Origin: Neovahlkampfia damariscottae
Taxonomy: Eukaryota
Length of the DNA: 64,000 nt
NCBI GenBank assembly: GCA_016618085.1
Contig: JABLTG010000022.1
Location: 62,001 to 126,000, forward strand
Direction: 5' to 3'
Shown: positions 1 through 11,897 of the stretch, one piece after another
How positions within the stretch are numbered: position 1 is the stretch's first letter
Layout of the letters: each line of letters opens with the position of its first letter
Translations under genes and position numbers: made by a program
Notes under the pieces: model-generated
What the model was told of the DNA's origin: nothing
What the model saw: only the letters and a program-made list of their open reading frames with translations
The model's database searches: none

Positions 1-44
1 GGTTGGAACAAATAAAAAGAAGATCAAACTCTTTCAAGAATTAT

Positions 45-2089
45 TTATTTCCATGTATTAAAAATATTTTGTATTTTTTCCAATCTCTTATTTTGTTCTA
101 ATTCTTGTTCTTTCAATCGATCCACATTCATATTTAAAATATCAATTGTTATCTCTTCCAAAGAAACAGAGGAAACATTTGATTCTTCGTCATTTCCTTC
201 ATCTTCAATTAATATTTTTGAAGTAATTTCTTTTGTAAAATCTTCATGATTATAAGGTTCGATTTTATTCAACTCTGACTTTTCCAAAAGTAAATTCAAA
301 CTTTGTGCATTGGTTTGAAATGACTTATTAGTTTTAAGAAAAGACAAATAGGAAGTGGATAAAACTTGATTATCTTTTGAATAAAAATACAAATCTTCAA
401 ACATTTTTTTATCATCAACACCATATAAATTAGCAATTTGAAAAGAAATTTTGAAGTTTTTTTGAAGTAAAAATAAAATAAATGATTTTCGAATGATTGA
501 TTGAAATTGATTGGTGTAGAGGTTATTTTCTTTGTTTTTTAAATAAATTGTATAATTTAGAATAATATCTTTCAGTATTTCAACTCTTTCATTTTTGATT
601 AAATAATTTAATAACAAGATGAGACATTGAAAAAAATTTGAATTTTTTTCACAATTCAAAAGAAACTTGAATAATTGATTTGGTTGATTTTTTTTTAATA
701 ATTGTGATGTGAAATATAAACAGTTAAGGTTTTCATTATTGAAAAATTGACTAAATTCCACCTTAATTAATCCAAAGGTTTCTTTAAATTTGATAAAAAT
801 GATTTGATGTGAATCTTGTTGTGGAAGGAATTCTATTGCTTTGATATCGAAATTTTGGGTCTCCATTGAATTATTCAACAATAATTTTAGAGATCTATTG
901 AAAATTGGATCAATATTTTGTCTTGGTTTTACTCAGATTCATCTCCGTTTGACAATAACAATTTCATAATATTCAAACCTAAATCAAAAAATTTTACATC
1001 ATTTTTTAAATCTGTTTCATTTAAATAGCAGACTGAAAAGAAGTATCCTACCATAAAAGAAATTGAATTGAATAATAAAACGAACCTTAAACATGTTAAC
1101 CTTTTTTTTTTCATATCTAACCTAATGGATGCCATTGGATGAAATAAACTTGATTCAATCTAATTTTTGATCTGTTCAACTCTTTTTTACTTGTTTCTTC
1201 TTCTGTCAAAGAAGGTAATGTGAATAAATGAAGAAAATTATTTTGTGTGAAAATCAAAATATTTTTTTCAGAAGGTGAAACAGAAAACAATGAAATTTCT
1301 TCTTCAACATCCAAAGGAATTTTCACCTTTAAAGTGAATATAGAATTCAAATTTTGATTCAAATTTTCATTCATTTCATAGACACAATAACAGGCACCTT
1401 CTGTTTCTTTTTCCAAAGTATACAACAAATTTGAATTTCTTTTGCTAAATTCAAAAAATAAAATTTCATTTCTTGATGGAAATGAGTTTGATATTAAATT
1501 TAATTGAAAATCTTTTGATATTCTCAAAAATTTCAAATTGTAATCATTTTTGATTCCAACTACATTTTTGAAGTTATATTTAATTTGATGGTAATTTTCA
1601 TCTAAATTGAAAACATTGATGATTTTTTTTTCTTCTTGAGATATCAATATTATTTTATCAACGTTTAAAGAAATGATCAAGTCGTTGAGTAATATTCCAT
1701 CTTTAATGTATAATGCATCTTTTATCCACTTTGAAAGAATAATATCTTCAATTTCAATTGAATTCTCTTTCAACTTTATTTGTACTATATTTCCATCTTC
1801 AAACAATATCTACAAATATAAAATAAGCGAGAATTCCTGTTACCTTTTTTTCGAAAGTTAAACTTTTTTTTTCTACCCTGAATTTTAATCTATTTTCGTA
1901 GTAAATCATTTTTTGAGAGAAAAAAATTGCCATTAATTTTTTAACATCCTCAAGGAATTTTTTGTTGTTCACAATAGAACTACTTCTTTTGTAGTTGAGA
2001 AAATTATAGTTATTTTTTCCTTTGATATCATTTTCTTCCATTGACTTTAAATCTTCCACATAAAAGAAAGATTTTAAATATAACGTCAT
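45..2089 (-). CDS. WDPCP: WDPCP/Fritz-like CPLANE ciliogenesis protein (spliced)
   Basis: Joins ORFs 1799-2089, 1117-1806, 929-1135 and 45-881 via introns 1876/1843-1810, 1121-1048 and 932-895. Motifs ILFEDGNIVQIKL, IQWHPLGYFFSVC..VKFFDLGLN and FKISFQIA..KMFEDLYF resemble WDPCP as I recall it. Confidence 0.7.
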
Positions 2090-2120
2090 GTTTCTCGTTG
2101 TTTTTTTTTGTTGTAAACAA

Positions 2121-2151
2121 CCAATAGGTATAGTTTTAATTTTCCGCCAAT
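2121..2151. promoter_or_regulatory. Two CCAAT boxes in an 85-bp bidirectional promoter (example of a window-wide motif)
   Basis: CCAAT at 2121-2125 and 2147-2151 between divergent ATGs at 2089 (-) and 2175 (+). Confidence 0.6.
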
Positions 2152-2174
2152 AACATCATCTCATTGCTGCAAAA

Positions 2175-2851
2175 ATGGTGAAGAAAGAAGTTTATCCAGG
2201 AAATAAAATATACGAAATTAAAGAAGGAGAAGAATCTACAGATTTTAAAGTTGAATGTGGAAAAGGATGTTACAGAAGAAATCAAAAAATCTATAGTAGT
2301 TTAGTTGGAAAAGCACACATTGAATTAACTGAAAATGAAAAAATAATACATGTCTTACCAAAAAATGAGGAAATTACAGTTCCTTCTATTGGATCCATTG
2401 TAACATGTAAAGTAATAAAAATAACAAAATGGTTTAAAAAATAATATGACTCATTTAAATTTTAGGTATGCAAAAGTGAATATTTTATGTGTTGATGGAA
2501 AAGTTTTGAAAAGTGAAAATATTGAAGGAATGATTAGAACACAAGATATTAGATTGTCTGAAATTGATAAAATCAAAATTGATGAATGTTTCAAACCAGG
2601 TAAAGAAAATGAAAAAAAAGTGTTAAATCTTAATTTTAGGTGATATTTTAAAAGCAATTGTTATTTCATTAGGAGATTCTAGAAATTATTATTTATCAAC
2701 TGCTAGTAATGAATTCGGTGTTATATATGCAACTTCAATTTTGGGTGAGTCACCAATGATTCCAGTGTCATGGAAAGAAATGGAATGTATCAAAACAAAA
2801 TCAAGAGAATTAAGAAAAGTTGCAAAGCCTGAAATACAAGAAGAAGAATAA
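2175..2851 (+). CDS. CSL4: Exosome complex component CSL4/EXOSC1
   Basis: Introns 2432-2465 and 2600-2639 give VPSIGSIVTCKV..GMIRTQDIR..FKPGDILKAIVISLGDSRNYYLSTASNEFGV..ELRKVAKP. Confidence 0.92.
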
Positions 2852-2856
2852 AGAAT

Positions 2857-4784
2857 TTAATTATAATTCAAAGTCAAATTTCCACTTTCAACATTTTCAA
2901 TTTCTTCATTGGTCAACTCTAAAATTCTTCTTGATTCCTTTTCGAATTTATATGGAACCGATCCCAAAGCACCATCAAATCTATTCTTCTTTATTGCTAA
3001 AGATCTATATTTTCTTCCATTTTGTATGACTAAAACGTTATCTGCTTCTTGAGTTGCTTTTGCAGTTCCAAAAATTGAAGAAATTCCAATTTCTTCTTCT
3101 TCACTTGTTTTTCTAGGATGAACCACTAAAGATACGTGAACATTTTTCTTTGTTGCAAAATTTCTCAATTTTTCAATTGCCTTATCTTGATTTTCAAATT
3201 TATCAAACCCTCTCCCTTGTCCAGATAACATAAAATTCAAATTATCAATAACTACATGTTGAACATCATAAACATATGATGAATATTCCATTGTATCAAT
3301 GACATCATCAATATTTGTTGAACCATAAAAGTCCATAAAGTATAAAGGGAACTTTTCAAAAATTTCTGATACTTTTTCAAATTCAATGGTAGGATATTTT
3401 GATAAATCTTTTTGTGCCATTTGACATAACATACTTTTGACAAGGTTTGTATTTTTAATTTCAAATGATCCCCAAAGAGTTGGAATTCCTTGTTGAACAT
3501 AATCTAAACTCATTTGTGAAAGGATTGTCTGAAATATTAGTATTAAAATTTAACATACCGTCTTTCCTATACCAGTAGGCCCTGTAATTAAACTTAATTC
3601 ACCAGCTCGATGACCTTTGATAATTCTGTTCAAATTTGGAAATAATTTTGAAGGAGTACCAGATAATTCTTTCGAAAATAAAGAATTCTTCACTTGATCT
3701 TTAAAACTTGAATAATTTAAAATTTGATTATGACTCATTTGTTTTGCTTCTTTTAAAATTTGATTGATATTCATTTTTTTTAGTAACGCTTCATTTGCAT
3801 CTTTTGCGTCTGATTTACAAATAAAACATCTTGAAATTCCCAATTTTTTAGTGAATATCTCAACACCTTCTTGTCCAGGTAAGTCATTATCCATCCAAAG
3901 ATAAATCTTTTCAAATTTTTCCAACATTTGAAGAACTTGAATTGGTAAACTTCTACAACCATTTGGTATGGAACAAGCAGGTAATTTAGTTTGTTCATGA
4001 ATTGCCATTGCATCAAATTCTCCTTCTGTTAAAATAATTTCTTTTGAATTTGGTGAAACTAAATTTAAACCAAATAAACCCCATTGCCCTCCTTTTGGTT
4101 CTAATTTTTGAAAACTCTTATTGGTAATTGAACGAATTTTGTTTCGAATTAATTTTGGTTTATTGTCATTTGTATATTTGTACATTGGAAATGTGATACA
4201 TTTTTCAATTTTACCTTCAAAACTAACTTCTTGTTTTGATCCTATTTGATCTTTTTAATGTTAATTTCTTAATAAAATTTCACTTACATTTTTGAGCAGT
4301 TGAAGCTGAAATTCCTCGTTTGTTTAAAAATTCAACAATATAACTTTGCATTTGATAACTTTGTATTGGTGTTTTATCATCTTCTTTATTTACAAGTTTA
4401 ATAATTTTTTCATCAGCATTTGAAAACTTAAATTTGAAATCAAACCAACTTCCAGAATTACCACAACGATGACACATAAAAGCTCCACTTATTCTAAAAA
4501 AATAAAAAAAATAAAATTCCAAACTTGTGAATATAAAGCTTCCAAAAATTTTCTAATTTTCCTTTTGTATCATGACAAAAAGGACATTCTTTAATAACAA
4601 TTTCTTCACCAGAATTTCTATGGTATAACTTATTTTTTTCTAAAAATTCAACAACTTCATTATTTCCAAGTTGAAAATGTTTCGAAACAAAAGTTGAATA
4701 AGGTTGAACAAAAGAGATAAAGTTTTGATATTTTAAAAATTTTAAAGGTTTAAATTGTTTGATCTTTAATAAAGTTTTAATCAT
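2857..4784 (-). CDS. TWNK: Mitochondrial Twinkle primase-helicase (T7 gp4-like)
   Basis: Three short introns. Zn finger CPFC..CHRC, TOPRIM EGEFD/DND, Walker A GPTGIGKT, HVVIDNL, VVHPRK, KATQEADNV, KNRFDG; basic N-terminus like a presequence. Confidence 0.95.
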
Positions 4785-4881
4785 CAAAAAAAAACCAAAA
4801 CAACAAAAAGGTTGTTAAAAATGTTGAAGACGAAAAAAAAATGATTGGTCAAATGTTTGGAGAGTATTTTAAATGGAAAAT

Positions 4882-6495
4882 TTATTTTTTTGTTTGACTT
4901 TCAACTAATTTTAAGACAATTTGAACATATTCTTTCATTGCTTGTTCTTTTGTTAAACCTTTTTTTGCAGCCCATGCATCATATTTAGCTTTAGCTTTTA
5001 AATCAGTTGAGAAGAAACCTGGTCTTTCAATGTTTACATCACCACAAGTTGATTGTTTATAAAGTCCATAAATATTTAAAATAACTTCTTTTGAAGGTGG
5101 TGTGGATAATTTAACAACTAATGCTTGTGCTTTTTCAAAAGCTTCTTGAGGTGAATCTTTTTCTAAATTGATTGGGTCTTTTGAATCTCTTGCTAAAATT
5201 TTATGAGCTTTTGCAAAGTCACCTGAAACAATAGCTGATCCAAGACTAATTTCACCAGCTAAGATAACACCACCCATAATTTCAGCTAAAGCATTTGCGT
5301 TACCATTTCCAACTAAACCCATTAATTCTAAACAAGCTCTTTGTGAAGGAAGTTTTGTTCCACCACCAACTGTAGCAACTAATAAATTTGGAACAGTAAC
5401 AGATGTATATAATGATCCATCAGGTTCCAAAGTTGAACGAGCAATACCAATATGAGATTCAGCAGCACAAGCAGGATCTTGTCCTAAAGCAATAGCCATA
5501 GCAGTAATTGGATTTGCGAAATGCATATTTAAACCAATTGTACCATTTAACCATAAACCTCTTGAACCAGCTTCAGCACATTTAGCCATTTCAGAAGGTG
5601 AAGCATGTAATTGACTCCAAATGACGTCTTTTGGAATTTTACATTCTGTTACAACTCTTTTACCACGAACACCTGATAAAGTAGCAGCATTTGCTTTTTT
5701 ATCTCCTGACATACCTCCTTCAATCATAATTGTTGATGGTTTTACTGGTGAATTTTTTTCAATATAATTTATAATATTTTCAGTTGCTAAAGTTACAATA
5801 TTTTGACCTGAAGCATCACCTGTTGTATAAACGCATTTCATATGAACTTGATTTCCTTCAACTGTATATTTGCATTCAATTAATTTTCCGTGTTTTGTTG
5901 ATTTTGCAGCTTCTGCTTGAAAATTTTGAAAATTTTTAGCACCCCATGCAAGAAAAGTACCAAGTTCAATTAAGTCTTTGAAACCAAAACAAGGATCTCT
6001 TGAAATACCTTCTTGAACAATAACTGAAGTACAACCTCCTGAAGCATTCATAACACTAATTCCTCTATTAAGTGAAGCAACAAGAGCAGCTTCTGTTGTA
6101 GCTAAAGGAACATAATATTCTCCTTGAGCAAATAAACCATTAACTTTAATAGGTCCTGCAATACCAACTGGTACTTTAACTGTTCCAATCATATTTTCAA
6201 TGTTGTCTTTAAATAAATCACATCTTTTTTTGGTATCTGGATCAAATAACTCTTCCATTGGTGTTCTATAGTCTTTTTGTGTTGATAAATAATCTGAGTT
6301 TTGTTTTTTATATGCAGCGTATTTTTCATTATTATTATTTAACATTTTCCAACGTTCTTCAATTTGTGAAAGACCATAACCTCTTGGTATACTTAATTTA
6401 ATTGGTTTTTTTTTTTCCAATTTTTTTGACCAATTTTTATCAGTGTTGATAGCATTTAAGAAAACAGCTCCATCTTTGAGTCCATTTGTTGTCAT
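4882..6495 (-). CDS. Soluble class I HMG-CoA reductase fused to a C-terminal acyl-CoA-binding (ACBP) domain
   Basis: IENMIG, PLATTEAAL, TTGDASGQN, GDKK, GQDPA, TVGGGT and C-terminal catalytic His (AKAH), then ACBP motif IYGLYKQST.GD..RPG..KAKYDAW. No intron. ATG at 6495. Confidence 0.9.
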   Translation of the reverse strand: MTTNGLKDGAVFLNAINTDKNWSKKLEKKKPIKLSIPRGYGLSQIEERWKMLNNNNEKYAAYKKQNSDYLSTQKDYRTPMEELFDPDTKKRCDLFKDNIENMIGTVKVPVGIAGPIKVNGLFAQGEYYVPLATTEAALVASLNRGISVMNASGGCTSVIVQEGISRDPCFGFKDLIELGTFLAWGAKNFQNFQAEAAKSTKHGKLIECKYTVEGNQVHMKCVYTTGDASGQNIVTLATENIINYIEKNSPVKPSTIMIEGGMSGDKKANAATLSGVRGKRVVTECKIPKDVIWSQLHASPSEMAKCAEAGSRGLWLNGTIGLNMHFANPITAMAIALGQDPACAAESHIGIARSTLEPDGSLYTSVTVPNLLVATVGGGTKLPSQRACLELMGLVGNGNANALAEIMGGVILAGEISLGSAIVSGDFAKAHKILARDSKDPINLEKDSPQEAFEKAQALVVKLSTPPSKEVILNIYGLYKQSTCGDVNIERPGFFSTDLKAKAKYDAWAAKKGLTKEQAMKEYVQIVLKLVESQTKK

Positions 6496-6736
6496 TCTCT
6501 TTTGTTTTTTGCTAGTTGTTGAAAAAAAAACTCCAATTAAATTAACCAATTAAATTTGTTTAAATTCTCTTCAACGAATAATTTTTCTCGGTTAAATTAT
6601 TATTGGTTAAATTATTCCGAAACGTTTGAAATGAATTGAAACTTAATTTTTCATTCTTTCAAAAAAAAGAAAATGGAAGAATTTTAGAAGCTATTTTATT
6701 GGATGATGCATCACTAGTATCAGACCATCAAAAATA

Positions 6737-6811
6737 GAATCAGTGATAAGTGTTAATGTGTTATTTTCTTATCATCAAAGTAATTATGTATCGCAACGTT
6801 ATCATCATTTT
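6737..6811 (-). ncRNA. Candidate box C/D snoRNA
   Basis: Minus strand: ATGATGA (6808-6802), internal TTGATGA and CTGA (6743-6740) over 69 nt, downstream of a CCAAT (6860-6856). No target identified. Confidence 0.3.
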
Positions 6812-6888
6812 GCAATTAATTTCTTCAACATTCAACATCAAATAATTAAAATCTGATTGGATAAAATTAATTTGGTTTTGTTTCGGAG

Positions 6889-9800
6889 ATGTTCAAACGA
6901 CCTTCTTTAAAAGATTTATCAAGTAAAAATAATAAAATATTAATTTCAAAAAATGGAAGATGAAAACTTTGAAGGACAAGAACTTTCAGTCAAAGTCGTA
7001 AAAAAAAAAAAAGAAAAAGTAGAAGAACAACCAACAATGATTCATGAAAAAGTGATGAACCAAGATTTAGTAGAGCGTGATTCTTTTGATGATTTTAAAA
7101 ATAAACCACCAACTTTGAAAAAAACATCGTTTCCGACAGTAGAACATCGATCAAAGGTATTTTTCAATGAACCAAATTCAATTTTGAAATAGTTATTCCT
7201 TGGAAAGAATAGAAAGCAAAAAGATCAAAATTTAGTTGAAAAGAAACCAAAAATTGAAGTAAAAAAAATTCAACAAGAAATTGAAGTTTTAAATATGGAC
7301 GATTTTCAAGAGGAAAAGGAAATTAAAGAAGGAAGTGATGAAGAAGAAACTGAAATAAAAGAAATTACTTCCGATGATATTTCATCCGAATCTGATAGAA
7401 TTTTGAATTCAATGTCCAAGGAAGAAATCATTGAAGCTCAAAATGAATTATTACAATCATTAAATCCATCTTTAATTGAAAAGTTAAAAAAATCAGGAAT
7501 TGCAAAAAAGTAAAAAAAAAAAAAATTTAACTTTAAAAAAGGAAACCTAAAAAAGACATTGAAAAGGAAAAGCTTGAATGGATGAAACCAATATCAAAAC
7601 CAACAAAAAATACATCATCCATAAGGTATGACTTTGATGGTAAAATAATTAAAAATGATGAAGAAATCCCAACAAATTCTGGTTTATATCATCATGGTGA
7701 AGGTAAGAAAAAAAAATACAATTCATTACTTTAACAAGAACCTGATAAACCTGGATATACCATTGATGAAATTTTTCATTTAATTCATAGCACAGTGCCA
7801 AGTCAAAGAATTTTATGTTTAAAAATCCTCAAAAACATCATTAAAAATGATTCCAAAGTCAAAGAACAATTATTTGAAATGGATATTGGTTCTTTATTAT
7901 TTTTATGCATCGATGATAAAAATTTGAATATTGTTTCATTTGGACTTGGAATTCTATTACTTTTATCAGAACAACAAAAAATAAATGAAAAAGAAGAGAT
8001 TTTCATGTTGAAATTATTAAACAAAAGAGATGTAAAACAACCAAAAGAAGAAGAAAAAGAGTTTAAAGAGTTATGTAAAACTGATATTCTCCAAGCATTT
8101 TTGAATTATGATTTATTGGATCGAATTAGTTATTTTTTGAATGAGAATATTCATAGAGAAGATGTATTGAAATTATTGAAAATATTGATTGAATCAAAAT
8201 TCAAAATAGAAGAGAAATTCATTCATTGTTATAAATTGATAGATGGAATTGAATTACAAATCAAAAAACAAGATGAAAAATTACAACTTTATCAAAATTT
8301 AATTTTGAACTTTAAATCAAGAGAAAACATATTAACATTTTTGAAAAAAACAAATTTGGATAAACAATGTATGAATGATTTAAGAAATATTGAGAATTTG
8401 AAAATGTTGAATATTTTGATTAAAAAAGGATTCTGTTTTGATTTGATCAAAGAATATTTTAATTTAGTTTTAGATGAGATTTTATTGGTTAAAAATTCAG
8501 ATACAGAAAAAGTTTCAATTTTATTTTCTTTGTTAAATTCTTATATTGAATATGTCAGAAATGATGAAACACATTCATTTTATCATTTGAATTCATTCTT
8601 TGAAAAAGATTTAATTTTCTTTTTAAAAAAATTTAAATTTGAAAGAAAAAACTTGATTTTATATTCATCTATATTTCATTGTTTATCAAATTTTTATGAT
8701 TTCTTACCTACTCAAATTGAATTTTCCAATAATAATTTTGTTCATTTGAAAAATTTTGATGAAAATTTGAAGAATTTCTACATGAATTATATCGGAGATT
8801 TGATTGAATTTTTGAATAAACAAGATGATTTATTAATCAATGAGGTGAATTATTTCAAGTTTTCAGTTCTTTTATTTTTCAAGAAAACTGATTTACAAAA
8901 TATTGAAATTTTAAAATTCCTGAAAAAAGTCCAACTTTTCAAAAATGGAAATTTGATCTTTTCAAATTTTAATTTACAATTTGGATTGTTATTATTGAAA
9001 TATTTGAAAAATGAAACATATTTGAAAATTAATTTAATCAAAATTTGTTCAATGAATCAACAACATGATTCAAAAAATTTCAAATTCATTTTGAATCAAT
9101 TCAAATTTTCAAAGAATTTAGAAAAGTTTTATTTGAATAAATTTGAAGAAGATAAAAATGATTTTTCAAAAATTGATTGGTATTACTTATATCTTGAAGA
9201 GTTTTACTTAAATCAAACTATTTCTATTTCATTGGATCAATTAAAAGAATTTTTAGAATTTTTATTAAATTTTGAAAAAGAAGAGAATAATTTCATTTCT
9301 AATGTTATTAGACTATCAAATATTTTAAAAGTTTTCTTTTTGAAAAATGAAGTTTATGAAAACAAAGAAATTGAAAATTTATTGAATGAATTTTTGAATA
9401 TCTTTTTGAAATTGAAATTTAATGAAAATATTGATCATGATAAGTTCTTTAGTTTTATTGAACAATTTGTCAATTTATATACTTTTTCAAGTTTTGGGAA
9501 TATCATTTTTACAAAATACTTATTTTTATTTTTTCAAACTGATAATTTTCAAAATTCAATTTATAGAAAATTGATTTTGAAGAGTTTAAAAAATCAATTT
9601 TTTTTATTAAATGATTTGAAATTATATTCAAAAGATTTTGAAAGTGAAATTAAAGAATCAATGATTGAAAATGATATTGAAGTTATTAATATCTATATTG
9701 AAAATGTTTCAAAAATTGATGTTGAATCAAATCTCTATCAATATTTTATTTTTCAAATTCATCAATATATATTTGTTCATCATTCATATTTCATTTTTGA

Positions 9801-9924
9801 TGATATTTTTGAATTTATCAAAGAAGAATCAATTTTGAAGGAAATTTTCAAAATTAATAGTGAAGCTGAAAAATTGGTTTTTGAAAGTTTATTAAAAATT
9901 GATGAAAGAATTGCATTGAAATAA
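6889..9924 (+). CDS. RPAP1: RNA polymerase II-associated protein 1 (RPAP1/Rba50-like)
   Basis: Four short introns; MSKEEIIEAQNELLQSLNPSLI, RYDFDG, GLYHHGEEPDKPGYTIDEIFHLIHSTVPSQR. Confidence 0.85.
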
Positions 9925-10203
9925 AAATTTTGTTTATCGGGAACGACATTAAATCTTTACGATTTAAAGTAACTTTGATCTTCAGTTGGTATTGCAATTC
10001 TATAACGTTCTCATTGGATTCAGTTTCAAAGACTGAATACAAATCAGTTAATGTTCATGTATTGCTCAGAAAATCTCAACAAAATTATTCTGATTTTTGT
10101 TTGAAAAATTCTCAAAAATTTTATTATGGTCATTTTTGCACAATTTTTTATCAAATCTGAACAAAGATTATGCAACGATTGAATGAAAAAATAAACCAAA
10201 TTT

Positions 10204-11788
10204 TTAATCCAAATCAATAATTTCAATTTCTACTTTCGCTTTTTCAGTTGATTTTACAGTTTCGTTTTTCTTTTCAGACTCAATTTCATAAGTCCCATCT
10301 TGATGAATTTTAACTTTTTCAGAATCAGGATATTTCTGTAATATTTCAGTCATCAATTCATCAATTATTAAATTTTCAACTGTGCAAGGTTTATTACAAA
10401 CAGGACAATTCCAAACTTTGGATTGATGAGAAAAGATGAGATAACTCTTTATGAAATAATCAAAATCATAACAAATATTACCTTTAAATCAAAACATTGT
10501 TTATGTTTACAACTTGTTGTTTTAACAGGTGTTTCAATTCTAATTAAAGTTACATTATCTTTTAAAGTCACAATTTCTATTTGAACAAAAATATTTAATT
10601 CTATTATTAATTTACCTTCTTGATTGCAAATAATGTCATCATCTTCCTCCATTTGTTCTAAACTTTCTTTAAAAACTAATTTTTTAATAGTATCCAATGA
10701 TTCAATTGATTTTTCTAAATCTTTTTGATTGATTGATTTTGAGAAATCATCAATAGTTGATAAATCTAAGAATTGAGCTGTTTTTAAAACTAACTTTTCT
10801 TCTTGTGTTGAATCATTTAAATTTGATTTACGAGGAGTAATATATTCTTCAATAATTTCTGGAACTGTTAATTCTTTGACTAAAAAGAATGCAATGACTC
10901 CTTCAAATGAAATCCATCTTTAAAAAATTGTTAACAAACTTGAATACATACTGAGGAACATAAATAGATACTCTATTGATTTTAGAAACATCAGAACTCT
11001 GAATAATCATTGGACTTGATGAAACTAATGTATTCTTTTTTTTTGTTCTTTTTAAAATCTATATAACATTAATTGAGTTATTTTCTTACTTTTGGTAACT
11101 CAATAACTGTTGAATTGAATGAGAATTTAACTTCAGGAATCCAATCTTTTGGTTCTAAAGTACTGAATTTATGTAATTGTATGTGTAATGAATAATTTTT
11201 TTTTTGAATTTTTTCAATATTCTCTGGTAAAATTGGAATTGAAAAAATTGATGATTGTGAATTTTGATGAGCATAGATATGTAAAACTTCAACTATTTTA
11301 TAAAATGGATCTTGATGACCTTTGTTTGTTGGATTAATTTCTAAGTTGAGTTTGTTTTTAAAAAAAAACATAAACTTACCAAAATATTTCATGATTCCTG
11401 TTTCTTCGTCGTTCATTTCATGAAGAAGTGGTGTTCTTGCTGTTTGAATTGTTTTAGTATTTCTGATGTGCTGTCTTTTTGTTGTGCTTTGGGTTGATTC
11501 AGTCGTTGGTTGATTTGTAAGAATTGCATACAATCTATCAATTAAATCAGGCTTATTTCCGGATAACCTGAAAGGAATTCTCTTTTTATCAGTTATATAT
11601 CTTCCAATTGTCTAAATAGAAATAAAAAAAAATGACGATAAAAATACCTTCAATTCATTTACTCGCAATTTATATAAACCACCTTTGGTCGTCAACATTG
11701 AATTCAGTTGTTCCTCAGATCTAACTTTCAAAATATCTTTAAGCTCCGTTAGCTCTGACGAATTCAAAATAAAATTTTCCTGAGTCAT
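10204..11788 (-). CDS. SIZ/PIAS-type SUMO E3 ligase (SAP + SP-RING + C-terminal SIM)
   Basis: Six introns; SAP LRVNELK..SGNKPDLIDRL, SP-RING PVKTTSCKHKQCFD..WNCPVC, terminal IEIIDLD*. Confidence 0.85.
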
Positions 11789-11897
11789 GACGAAAAAAAA
11801 AAAACGAAAAAGATGATTGGTCAAGGAATTTTCAAAAAATAATTTTTTTTTTTTTAAAAATTAAAAACTAAAAAATGAGGATTCAAGTACATAATAT

